A stretch of DNA of 64,000 nucleotides from an uncultured Acidobacteriota bacterium (GTDB lineage: Bacteria > Acidobacteriota > Polarisedimenticolia > Polarisedimenticolales > DASRJG01). Made by a program: the position numbers and the translations under genes. The notes below the pieces were generated by a model. The model was not told the origin of the DNA. It did not search any database and saw only the letters and a program-made list of their open reading frames with translations. Within the stretch, counting starts at the first letter, position 1. Each line of letters starts with the position of its first letter. Positions 16,368 through 25,117 of this stretch are shown here, in pieces. Where the stretch lies: assembly GCA_964647625.1 (NCBI GenBank), contig CAZYHZ010000012.1, forward strand, positions 1 to 64,000. The letters run 5' to 3'.

Positions 16368-17174
16368 TCACGTGCAGAACAGGACGATCTCGCGATCGAG
16401 CGGAAGCTCGTGCCTCCGTGCATCGATCTCGTCGATCGCCATCCGGATCGCTCCGGGGAGCGTCGAGGGGTCGGCGGTCCACTCCCACGCATGCCGCAGG
16501 TCGACGATGACCACGGACTCTCCCGCGTCGATCCTCTCCTTCAGCTCGGAGGGGGTGATTCGAGCGGTGCGCAGCTCGCGGAGCACGGTCCGGCGGCGGA
16601 CGTATTTCCAAGCGACATATCCGGCGACCATGGCCAGAAAGATCAGCGCGGTTCGCCCTCCGGATCCCGCGAGCCAGTCTCCGAAACGCCGGAACGGCTC
16701 TCTGAGAAGCCAGCCGATCCCGAGGAGCACGGTGGCCTGCACGACGACGCCGATCGAATCGAGCGCGAGGAAGCGGGCGATCCCGATGCCCACCGTGCCC
16801 GCGAGCGGCGGCGTCACGGTGTTCAAGCCGGGCACGAACTTCGAGGTGAGGATCAAGATCGGACCGTTCTGCGAGAATCGATCCCGCGTCTCCCGCACGC
16901 ACGAGTCGGGCACGAGCGACATGCGGCACAAGAACGCGAGGATCCGCGCGCCGTAGCGCTTCCCGAGGACGTACCAGATCGAGTCGGCGAGCAGCGACGC
17001 GAGGAGGATGTCCACGACGGCCGCGCCCGGGTTCATGCGCCCGGTCCCGGCCAGGGTCCCGGCCGCGACGATGACCGGGGCCGACGGCACCGGCACGCCG
17101 ATCTGTTCGGCAAACACGAACAGGAACAGGACCCCGGCCCCGTGCCGGGCGAGTACGTCGAGCGGATCGGTCAT
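16368..17174 (-). CDS. DedA-family membrane protein fused to a rhodanese domain (ORF as called, ends at an in-frame TGA)
   Basis: ATG at 17174. A DedA/SNARE-associated TM core is followed by a C-terminal rhodanese domain start (ITPSELKERIDAGESVVIVDLR...REIVLFCT), then TGA. Confidence 0.8.
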   Translation of the reverse strand: MTDPLDVLARHGAGVLFLFVFAEQIGVPVPSAPVIVAAGTLAGTGRMNPGAAVVDILLASLLADSIWYVLGKRYGARILAFLCRMSLVPDSCVRETRDRFSQNGPILILTSKFVPGLNTVTPPLAGTVGIGIARFLALDSIGVVVQATVLLGIGWLLREPFRRFGDWLAGSGGRTALIFLAMVAGYVAWKYVRRRTVLRELRTARITPSELKERIDAGESVVIVDLRHAWEWTADPSTLPGAIRMAIDEIDARRHELPLDREIVLFCT

Positions 17175-17228
17175 CCGCGGAGTCTACCGCTCCGCTAGAA
17201 TCGCACTTCCGTTTTTCGAGGACGCCGC

Positions 17229-19631
17229 TTGGCCCTGTCTCCCGGAGATCGAATCGGCCCGTACGAGATCGTCGGCACGATCGGCGCCGGCGGGATGGGG
17301 CAGGTGTTCCGCGCGAGGGACACGCGGCTCAACCGCGACGTCGCGATCAAGGGCCTTCCCGCGGCGCTGGCCGCCGACCCGGAGCGCCTCGCACGGTTCA
17401 AGCGCGAGGCGCAGCTTCTGGCCTCGCTCAATCATCCGAACATCGCCGCGATCTACGGGCTCGAGGAGTCGGGCGGCGCTCCGTATCTCGTCCTCGAGCT
17501 GGTGGAGGGACACGATCTCGCGGAGCGGCTCGGCGGCGGCGCGATCCCGGTGGACGAGGCCATCGACATCGCGCGCCAGATCGCCACGGCGCTCGAGGAA
17601 GCGCACGAGAACGGGATCATCCACCGCGATCTCAAGCCGGCCAACGTGAAGGTCACGCCCGCGGGGAAGGTGAAGGTGCTCGACTTCGGGCTGGCGAAGG
17701 CGAGCGCCGGGACGTCCGACGCCGCGGCCTCGGCCGATTCGGGGGACTCCCCGACGATGACGAACGCCGCCACCTCCGCGGGGATGATCCTCGGCACCGC
17801 CGGCTACATGAGCCCCGAGCAGGCGCGCGGAAAGCCTGCCGACCGCCGCGCCGACATCTGGGCGTTCGGCGCGTTTCTCTACGAGATGCTCGCCGGCCGC
17901 CGGCCGTTTTCCGGCGAGTCGGTCGCCGAGCTGCTCGCGTCCGTGCTGCGCGATCCGATCGATTGGTCGAAGCTTCCGCCCGCGACGCCGGATTCAGTCC
18001 GCCGCCTGCTCGCGCGCTGTCTCGATCGCGACCCGAAGACGCGGTTGCAGTCGATCGGCGAGGCGCGCGTCGCGCTGGAAGAGGCGTCGGGTGAAACGAG
18101 AAGCGGCGCGGCGCGCGCGACCACGAATCGTCGCGTGTCCTGGGGGCTCGTATGGGGCGCCCTCGCGGTCGTCGCGGTCCTGGCCTCGGCGTTTCTGTGG
18201 ACTCGCGGCCGAACCGGGTCGTCGACCGCCGCGGCCCCCGCAAGCGCGGGCCGATCCATGGCCGTCTTGCCGTTCGTCAACAGCAGCGGAAGCGCGGATG
18301 ACGACTATCTCGCCGACGGGATGACCGACGAGCTGATCGCCGCGCTCGGCAAGGTGCCCGGGCTGCACGTCGCCGCGCGCAGCTCCGCGTTCGCCTTCAA
18401 GGGGCAGAAGGTCGAGATCCACGACGTCGCCAAGCAGCTCGGCGTCGACTCGATCGTCGAGGGGACCGTAAGGCGTTCGGGCTCGAAGCTGCGCGTCACC
18501 GCCTCGCTGGTCAATGCAGCCGATGGTCTTCAAATGTGGTCCGACACGTTCGAGAGCGAAGGCGGTGATGCGTTCGCGATCCAGGACCAGGTGACGCACG
18601 GCGTCGTCTCGGGCCTGTCGCTTCGGCTCGGAGGCGCGGCGCTGGGCGCCAGCCAGGCGGGACGAACGAAAGACCCCATCGCCCACGACTTGTACTTGCG
18701 CGGCCTCGCGGCGGCGAACGCCGGAAGCGAGGCCGATCTCCGGCGTGCGCTCGCGCTGTACCAGAAAGCGCTCGACCGCGATCCCGACTTCGCGCTCGCA
18801 TACGTCGGCATCTCCTGGGTGTACGCGTTCCTCGCCGACGCGTACATGGCCCCGGTCGACGCCTATCCCAAGGCGAAACAAGCGGCGCTCGAGGCGCTCA
18901 AGCGGGACGATCGCCTCGCCGACGCGCATGCGCTCCTCGGCTACGCGACCTGGGCGTTCGATTGGTTGGACCATGCCACGCCCGACCGTGAGCTTGCGCG
19001 TGCGCTCGAGCTCGATCCGAACTCCGCGAACGCGCTGTTCCTGCGAGGCGGCTACGGATGCTTCTCGAACCGCCTCGATGAGTCGCTGCGGTACCTCGAG
19101 CGCGTGGAGCAGCTCGATCCCCTCTCGCCCTTGGCGCCGATGGCCGTCGAGCTGTGCAACTACATGGGCGGACGCTACGCCGCGGTCATCGAGGCCCATC
19201 GCAAGACCGCCGCGATCGACCCCTCGTTCATCTACATGCAGTCGTGGGCCGCGGCGGCGTACAGGGAGCTGGGGGATTACGCGTCATCGGAGCGCGAATA
19301 CCTGGCGTCGGAGAAGAGCCTCGGCGGCCTGCCGCCGTACGGCCTCGCGCTGACCTACTTCCGCATGGGCCGGCGCGAAGACGGGATCAAGATCATGCGC
19401 GCCCTGGACGAGCAAGTGAACACGCGCTACGTGCCCGCATTCATGCGCGCCGCCGTCCATGCCGCCGCGGGCGACATCGACGGCGCGGTGCCTCTCGTCA
19501 AAGAGGCCGTCAAGAGCAGGGAAGGGCATTTCCTCGGGTCGAGCGTGCTCCCGGAGTTCGCCGCGCTCGCCAACGATCCCCGACTGCGCGACGAGTTCGA
19601 GCTCGCGAACCGTAGCCTGAACCGGCGCTGA
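17229..19631 (+). CDS. Ser/Thr protein kinase with TM segment, periplasmic domain and C-terminal TPR repeats
   Basis: TTG start, 6 nt after AGGA. Hanks kinase motifs are present: GxGxxG (GAGGMGQV), VAIK, HRDLKPAN and DFG. A TM segment (LVWGALAVVAVLASAFLW) and TPR repeats follow. Confidence 0.9.
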   Translation: MALSPGDRIGPYEIVGTIGAGGMGQVFRARDTRLNRDVAIKGLPAALAADPERLARFKREAQLLASLNHPNIAAIYGLEESGGAPYLVLELVEGHDLAERLGGGAIPVDEAIDIARQIATALEEAHENGIIHRDLKPANVKVTPAGKVKVLDFGLAKASAGTSDAAASADSGDSPTMTNAATSAGMILGTAGYMSPEQARGKPADRRADIWAFGAFLYEMLAGRRPFSGESVAELLASVLRDPIDWSKLPPATPDSVRRLLARCLDRDPKTRLQSIGEARVALEEASGETRSGAARATTNRRVSWGLVWGALAVVAVLASAFLWTRGRTGSSTAAAPASAGRSMAVLPFVNSSGSADDDYLADGMTDELIAALGKVPGLHVAARSSAFAFKGQKVEIHDVAKQLGVDSIVEGTVRRSGSKLRVTASLVNAADGLQMWSDTFESEGGDAFAIQDQVTHGVVSGLSLRLGGAALGASQAGRTKDPIAHDLYLRGLAAANAGSEADLRRALALYQKALDRDPDFALAYVGISWVYAFLADAYMAPVDAYPKAKQAALEALKRDDRLADAHALLGYATWAFDWLDHATPDRELARALELDPNSANALFLRGGYGCFSNRLDESLRYLERVEQLDPLSPLAPMAVELCNYMGGRYAAVIEAHRKTAAIDPSFIYMQSWAAAAYRELGDYASSEREYLASEKSLGGLPPYGLALTYFRMGRREDGIKIMRALDEQVNTRYVPAFMRAAVHAAAGDIDGAVPLVKEAVKSREGHFLGSSVLPEFAALANDPRLRDEFELANRSLNRR

Positions 19632-19758
19632 GTCGTCGGGGCGCCGATTACGCCCGTCAGCGGACAAGAAAATCTCGCCGACCGGGGCGGCGGTCGGTAT
19701 ATCTATTCAAGCGCGTCTCCCGCTTTTCGCAAGGCCGAGGCGCGTACGGGAGGTCACG

Positions 19759-22350
19759 ATGAGAGCAGGACGACTCGCGCGCGCGAGCGCATTCGTTCTG
19801 TATTTCGCGGCGTGCATTAACGGAGCGCCCCTCGCCGGCGCGCAATCGGTCCGCGAGGATTTCTACGTCACGAACGGGACCGTGAGCGCGACGGCCCTGT
19901 CGGGGAACACACTTTACATTGGCGGGCAGTTCACGAGGGTCGGTCCCGAGACCGGGGGATTCATCCCGATCGATCGCACGAGCGGAGCCCCTCTGACGGC
20001 GGGCATGGCCAAAGTGCTCGGCGCCGTCTACGCCGCCGCGCCGGACGGCAACGGCGGCTGGTTCGTCGGCGGAGTCTTCAGCGCCGTGAATCGCGTCCCC
20101 CGCTCGAACATCGCTCACATCCTGTTCGATGGCACCCTCTCGCCGTGGAACCCCGGCGCCAACAACGCCGTTCGAGCCTTGATCGTCAGCGGCGGCACGG
20201 TGTACGCGGCAGGGGATTTCGGGACGATCGGTGGGCAAACGCGATTCCGGATCGCGGCGCTCGACGCGTCGACCGGTCTCGCGACCGCGTGGAACCCCAG
20301 CGCCAACGGCAGCGTCGCGGCGCTGGCCTTGAGCGGCGGGACGATGTACGTGGGGGGTGGCTTCACGGCGATCGGAGGACAGTCGCGGAACACCATCGCC
20401 GCGCTTGACGTCTCGACCGGGCTCGCGACGTCGTGGAACCCCGGCACCGACGCGAGCGTCCAATCGCTGGCGGTCGGCGGCGGGATCGTCTACGCGGCCG
20501 GGGGATTCGGGACGATCGGCGGGCAGGCGCGGCACTACATCGCAGCGCTCGACGCCTCGACCGGGCTCGTGACCGGATGGAACCCCGCCGCCAACGGCAG
20601 CGTCTCGGTCATCGCCCTCAGCGGCGGGATCGTCTACGCGGCCGGAGGCTTCTTGACGATCGGCGGGCAGGCGCGGCGTTTCATCGCCGCCCTCGACGCC
20701 TCCACCGGGCTTGCGACCCCGTGGAACCCCGACGCCAACTACGTTGTCGACTCACTCGCCGTCAGCGGCGGAACGGTGTACGCCGGCGGAGCGTTCACGG
20801 CGATCGGCGGGCAGACGCGCAACCGGATCGCGGCGCTCGATGCCTCGACCGGGGTTCCGACGTCCTGGAACCCCGACCCCGACGGCAATTGTGTCTTCTC
20901 CCTTTCCGTGAGCGGCGGGGCGGTTTATGCGGGCGGGGATTTCACGACGACCGGCGCGCGGACTCGGAACAACGTCGCCGCGATCGATGTCTCGACCGGG
21001 CTTGCGACCTCGTGGAACCCCGACGCCAACGGCCTTGTCGACACTCTGTCCGTCATCGGCGGGACGGTGTATGCAGGGGGAGATTTCACGACGATCGGCG
21101 GGCAAACGCGGAACCGGATCGCGGCGATCGACGCGTCGACCGGGCTTCCCACTTCCTGGAATCCCAACGCCGGCGATGTCGTCCGCGCCCTCGATGTGAG
21201 CGGCGGGACCGTCTACGCAGCGGGAAGCTTCGAGAGGATCGGCGGGCAGACTCGAAGGGGGATCGCTGCTCTCGACGTTTCGACCGGGCTCGCGACGTCC
21301 TGGGATCCCGAGGCCAGCCACACGGTCTACGCTCTCAAGGTCGACGGCGGGACGGTGTACGTGGGTGGCTACTTCATCACCATCGGGGGCCAGGCGCGGA
21401 ACCGCATCGCGGCGATCGACGCCTCGACCGGGCTCGCCAACGCCTGGGACCCCAACGCCAACAATTTTGTCTACGCGCTCGATGTAAGTGGCGGGACCGT
21501 CTACGCGGGAGGAGCGTTCGCTTCGATCGGCGGGCAGACGCGAAACCGGATCGCGGCAATCGACGCATCGACCGGGCTCGCGACCGCGTGGGACCCCGAC
21601 GCAAACGACATCGTGAACGCTCTGGCGGTGAGCGGCCCGACTGTGTACGCGGGCGGGGTGTTCACGACGATCGGCGGGCAGGCGCGGAACCGGATCGCGG
21701 CGATCGACGCGTCGACCGGGCTCTCGACGCCCTGGGACCCAAACGCCGATGACGTCGTGCGCGCGCTCGCGGTCGATGGCGGAACGGTGTACGCGGGGGG
21801 AGACTTCACCTGGGCGGAAAGTTCGTACCGGCGCTCGTTGGCCGTGATCGACGGTTGCGTGAACGAGCCGGACGGCTCGCCTTGCATCGACGCGAACACC
21901 TGCACGCAGTCGGACGTGTGCCAGTCGGGTGTATGTACCGGCGGGACGTCGGTGGCCGACGGCACGATCTGCGACGACGGCAATTCGACGACCTGCGGCG
22001 ACTCGTGCGAGCAGGGCGCGTGCGCCGGCACGGTGGTGGCGGAGCCTGCCGAGATCGACGACAGCGTGCGACTCGGCAAGACGCCGACCGGCGCCACGTT
22101 GTCGTGGACCGATCAGCCCGGGCCGTACAACGTCTACCGCGGCTCCAACTCCAGCGGATCCGCGTGGGCGTACGACCAACTGTGCTTGGTGACGGGTACG
22201 TCGCAGCAGACGGTGGCGGACGACTCCGTTCCCGGGGTGGGGCAGCTCTTCTATTACGTGATCTCGCGGGTCAACCCGTGTCGCGAGTCGGCGCTGGCGG
22301 AATCGAGCGCTGCGATCCCGATCCCGAACGAGGCGGCCTGCGGTCCATGA
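19759..22350 (+). CDS. Secreted beta-propeller repeat protein (about 13 tandem ~44-aa GGxVYAGGxFTxIGGQxRNxIAAxDASTGLATxWNP repeats, DUF5122/delta-60-like) with C-terminal Cys-rich and beta-sandwich domains
   Basis: ATG start with a signal peptide, highly regular repeats, and a C-terminal Cys-rich segment similar to the repeats of the 30437..36115 protein. Confidence 0.85.
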   Translation: MRAGRLARASAFVLYFAACINGAPLAGAQSVREDFYVTNGTVSATALSGNTLYIGGQFTRVGPETGGFIPIDRTSGAPLTAGMAKVLGAVYAAAPDGNGGWFVGGVFSAVNRVPRSNIAHILFDGTLSPWNPGANNAVRALIVSGGTVYAAGDFGTIGGQTRFRIAALDASTGLATAWNPSANGSVAALALSGGTMYVGGGFTAIGGQSRNTIAALDVSTGLATSWNPGTDASVQSLAVGGGIVYAAGGFGTIGGQARHYIAALDASTGLVTGWNPAANGSVSVIALSGGIVYAAGGFLTIGGQARRFIAALDASTGLATPWNPDANYVVDSLAVSGGTVYAGGAFTAIGGQTRNRIAALDASTGVPTSWNPDPDGNCVFSLSVSGGAVYAGGDFTTTGARTRNNVAAIDVSTGLATSWNPDANGLVDTLSVIGGTVYAGGDFTTIGGQTRNRIAAIDASTGLPTSWNPNAGDVVRALDVSGGTVYAAGSFERIGGQTRRGIAALDVSTGLATSWDPEASHTVYALKVDGGTVYVGGYFITIGGQARNRIAAIDASTGLANAWDPNANNFVYALDVSGGTVYAGGAFASIGGQTRNRIAAIDASTGLATAWDPDANDIVNALAVSGPTVYAGGVFTTIGGQARNRIAAIDASTGLSTPWDPNADDVVRALAVDGGTVYAGGDFTWAESSYRRSLAVIDGCVNEPDGSPCIDANTCTQSDVCQSGVCTGGTSVADGTICDDGNSTTCGDSCEQGACAGTVVAEPAEIDDSVRLGKTPTGATLSWTDQPGPYNVYRGSNSSGSAWAYDQLCLVTGTSQQTVADDSVPGVGQLFYYVISRVNPCRESALAESSAAIPIPNEAACGP
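20100..21800 (+). repeat. Tandem ~132-bp coding repeats (beta-propeller blades)
   Basis: Periodic reuse of gcgatcgacgcgtcgaccgggctcgcgacg...tggaaccccgacgccaac blocks is visible in the sequence and in the protein. Confidence 0.6.
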
Positions 22351-22353
22351 CGG

Positions 22354-23604
22354 TCACCTCGATCGGCCCGACGCACATTCTCGCGCGCGAGCCAAGAGCA
22401 GCTCGCGCTCGCATCCGTTCTCGGTGAGCGCCGCCGCACGCTCGAACTCCGCGCACGCTTCGCCGGCTCGTCCGAGCTTCGTCAGCAGATCGCCGCGGAC
22501 GCTCGGGAGCAGGTGGTACGACGCGAGCGAAGGCTCGTCGGACAGCTCATCGACGATCTCGAGCGCCTCGGCCGGGCCGAACGCCATCGACACCGCGACC
22601 GCACGGTTCAACGCGACGACCGGCGAGCGGGTGATCTCGACCAGCGCGTCGTAGAGGGCAACGATTCGTCTCCAGTCGGTCGCATCGCCCGTGCCGGCCC
22701 GGGCGTGGCATGCGGCAATCGCCGCCTGGAGCGCGTACGGGCCGAGAGGGCGGCCCAGCCGTTCGGCGCGTGCCAGGGCCGCCAGCCCGCGCTGGATCAG
22801 AAGCCGATCCCAGCGCGATCGGTCCTGGTCGAGGAGGAGGATCGGCTCGCCCGCGGGACCGGTGCGCGCTCGGCTGCGCGACGCGTGCAGCTCCATGAGC
22901 GCGACGAGACCGTGGACCTCGGCGTGCGACGGAACCAGCGCGGCGAGGACGCGCCCCAATCGCAGCGCGTCGTCGCACAGCTCGGTCCTCATCCAATCGT
23001 CGCCGCGCGTCGCGGCGTAGCCTTCGTTGAAGATAAGATAGATGACTTCGAGGATCGAGGGCAGGCGAGCCGACAGGTCGTCGCCGCGCGGAACGTCGAA
23101 CGGCACCTTCGCCTCCGCGAGCGTCCGCTTCGCCCGCACGACGCGCTGCGCGATCGTCGGCTCGGGGACGAGAAACGCCCGCGCGATCTCGTCGGTCGTG
23201 AGCCCGCCCAGCAGCCGCAGCGTCAGTGCCGTGCGCGCCTCGGCCGACAGCACGGGATGGCACGCGATCAGAATCAGGCGCAGCACGTCGTCGCCGACGT
23301 CGTCATCGAGCGACGCGGCGTCGACCGGAGCGGCCCAGCTCGCCGTGTCCGCTCCGATCGCGTCGTGCTTTCGCTCGAGCCTCTGTCGCCGCCGCAGCTG
23401 GTCGAGCGCCCGGTTCTTCGCGGTGGCCATCAGCCACGCGCCCGGATTGTCGGGGATGCCGCTTCCCGGCCACGACTCGAGCGCCGCGAGAAGCGCCTCT
23501 TGCGCCAGGTCCTCCGCGAGATCGACGTCGCGAACGAGACGCACCAGGCCGCCGATGAGCCGCGCGGATTCGATCCGCCAGACGGCTTCGACCGCCCGGT
23601 GCAT
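22354..23604 (-). CDS. ECF-type RNA polymerase sigma factor with C-terminal extension (SigJ-like, DUF6596-containing)
   Basis: ATG at 23604, 416 aa. Sigma-70 regions 2 and 4 (DLAQEALLAA, LTTDEIARAF) are present, the conserved YLIFNEGY block appears once, and a long C-terminal domain follows. The ORF-track start at 24072 overlaps the upstream gene. Confidence 0.85.
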   Translation of the reverse strand: MHRAVEAVWRIESARLIGGLVRLVRDVDLAEDLAQEALLAALESWPGSGIPDNPGAWLMATAKNRALDQLRRRQRLERKHDAIGADTASWAAPVDAASLDDDVGDDVLRLILIACHPVLSAEARTALTLRLLGGLTTDEIARAFLVPEPTIAQRVVRAKRTLAEAKVPFDVPRGDDLSARLPSILEVIYLIFNEGYAATRGDDWMRTELCDDALRLGRVLAALVPSHAEVHGLVALMELHASRSRARTGPAGEPILLLDQDRSRWDRLLIQRGLAALARAERLGRPLGPYALQAAIAACHARAGTGDATDWRRIVALYDALVEITRSPVVALNRAVAVSMAFGPAEALEIVDELSDEPSLASYHLLPSVRGDLLTKLGRAGEACAEFERAAALTENGCERELLLARARECASGRSR

Positions 23605-23618
23605 GCCGGTGACGCCGC

Positions 23619-24110
23619 TCAGGACCGGTACGCTTTCTCGAGCGCCGCGATGTCGAGCTTGATCATCCGCATCATCGCGTCGCTCACGCGTTTCGAGCGG
23701 ACCGGGTCTCTGTCGGCCATCATGTCGATCATTCGCGACGGAATGATCTGCCAGCGCAGTCCGAACCGGTCCATCAGCCAGCCGCACGCCTGCGGCTGCC
23801 CGCCGCCCGCGAGCAGCGCGTTCCAGTACGTGTCCAGCTCGCCCTGATCGTCGCAGATCACCATCATCGAGATCGCGTCGTTGAAGTCGTGGTGCGGACC
23901 GGCGCTCATCGCCTGGAACTTCTGCCCGAAGAGCATGAAGTCCACGACCTTCACCGATCCCGGCGGGCCCGACGGCGACTCGCTCATCATCGACGTCACG
24001 CGCTCGACACGGGAGTCCGGGAAGATCGACGCGTAGAACCTCGCTGCTTCTTCCGCCTCTTTCGCGTACCAAAAGAACGGAACGATCTTCTGCGTCACCT
24101 TGGACACCAT
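23619..24110 (-). CDS. VOC-family protein (glyoxalase/PhnB-like)
   Basis: ATG at 24110, 163 aa. The VPFFWYAKEAEEAARFYASIFPDS block is typical of the PhnB/3-demethylubiquinone-9 methyltransferase-like VOC family. Confidence 0.8.
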   Translation of the reverse strand: MVSKVTQKIVPFFWYAKEAEEAARFYASIFPDSRVERVTSMMSESPSGPPGSVKVVDFMLFGQKFQAMSAGPHHDFNDAISMMVICDDQGELDTYWNALLAGGGQPQACGWLMDRFGLRWQIIPSRMIDMMADRDPVRSKRVSDAMMRMIKLDIAALEKAYRS

Positions 24111-24121
24111 CGCCTCCTTTC

Positions 24122-24556
24122 TCAGCCCTTGTGGCGTCGCTCGATCTCGGCGCGCTGCCGCGCCTCCAGAGCCTGCAGCTCCGGGGTGTAGGCCTCGCCG
24201 AAGTCGGCCGGCTCGAAGACCGGCCGGATCTCGATCTCCGATTCTTCTCCGGGCATCGGATCGGGGCAGCGCCGTAGCCACTCGAGCGCCTCGTCCATCG
24301 ACCGCACCTGCCAGAGCCAGTAGCCCGCGACCAGCTCCTTGGTCTCCGCGAACGGCCCGTCGATGACGGTCTTCTTGCCGTTCGAAAAGCGCACGCGCTT
24401 GCCCCGGCTGCTCGGATGCAACCCTTCGCCGGCCAGCATGATCCCCGCCTTGACCAGCTCGTCGTTGAATTTCGTCATGTCCGTCAGGAGCTTCTCGCTC
24501 GGCATCAACCCGGCCTCGGAGTTCTTCGTCGCCTTCACCATCACCATGACTCGCAT
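24122..24556 (-). CDS. YciI-like (Dabb-fold) protein
   Basis: ATG at 24556, 144 aa. The protein is MRVMVMVKATK...GPFAETKELVAGYWLWQVRSMDEALEWLRRCP. This family is commonly co-operonic with ECF sigma factors. Confidence 0.8.
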   Translation of the reverse strand: MRVMVMVKATKNSEAGLMPSEKLLTDMTKFNDELVKAGIMLAGEGLHPSSRGKRVRFSNGKKTVIDGPFAETKELVAGYWLWQVRSMDEALEWLRRCPDPMPGEESEIEIRPVFEPADFGEAYTPELQALEARQRAEIERRHKG

Positions 24557-24803
24557 CGTCGTCTCCCTTCCGGAAGGTCGGTCGGGGCCAAAATCGGCTC
24601 GAATCGCCTTCCTTCCGTGATGGCGACGAACGAGCCGGCCCCGGATCGACACGTGCCCGAAAATTTTCTCCTGGAGGAACGGGAGCGGCAAGGGCCAGAT
24701 CGAGTTGGGGCTGCCGGGCCTGGGTTGGACGGCCTCGAGCCGCTTCTCGAGCGCGGGTTCCGTAAACTCGCCGCTCGTCTTGGTAAACGAGAAGCCTGCA
24801 GCG

Positions 24804-25106
24804 CTACTTCGCGGCCGGAAGCGACAGGATGTAGGCGGCAACCGCCGAAGCGTCCGCGGCGGAGAGCTTGACCGGCTTCATCTTGCCGATGCCGTGGTGC
24901 ACGACCTTTTCGATCGATGCCGCCGTCGCGGTCTTCTTGAACTCGGGGTCCTTGAAGTTCTTCGAGCCGGCACCGCTCTTCTTCGCGACCCCGTCGCTGC
25001 CGTGGCAGGCGCCGCATTTCTTTTGATACAGCGCTTTTCCGTCGGGCGAGGCGGATACGGAGCCGGCCAGGAGGAGGACGGCGGCAATCGCGGCGATGGT
25101 TTTCAT
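24804..25106 (-). CDS. Monoheme class I cytochrome c, periplasmic
   Basis: ATG at 25106 after an AAGGAG RBS. The protein has a signal peptide, a single CGACH haem motif and a distal Met. Size is 100 aa. Confidence 0.85.
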   Translation of the reverse strand: MKTIAAIAAVLLLAGSVSASPDGKALYQKKCGACHGSDGVAKKSGAGSKNFKDPEFKKTATAASIEKVVHHGIGKMKPVKLSAADASAVAAYILSLPAAK

Positions 25107-25117
25107 CGGAAACTCCT

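Noticed and set aside
19676-19705. Hairpin CCGACC-N9-GGTCGG after the kinase gene as an intrinsic terminator
   Set aside because: The stem is only 6 bp, and an AT-rich but not U-tract sequence follows. This is too weak to call.
24557-24803. ECF-type promoter (GGAAC ... CGTT) upstream of the YciI-VOC-sigma operon
   Set aside because: GGAAC occurs on the minus-sense strand but without a convincing -10 at the right spacing. It is left as a hypothesis only.
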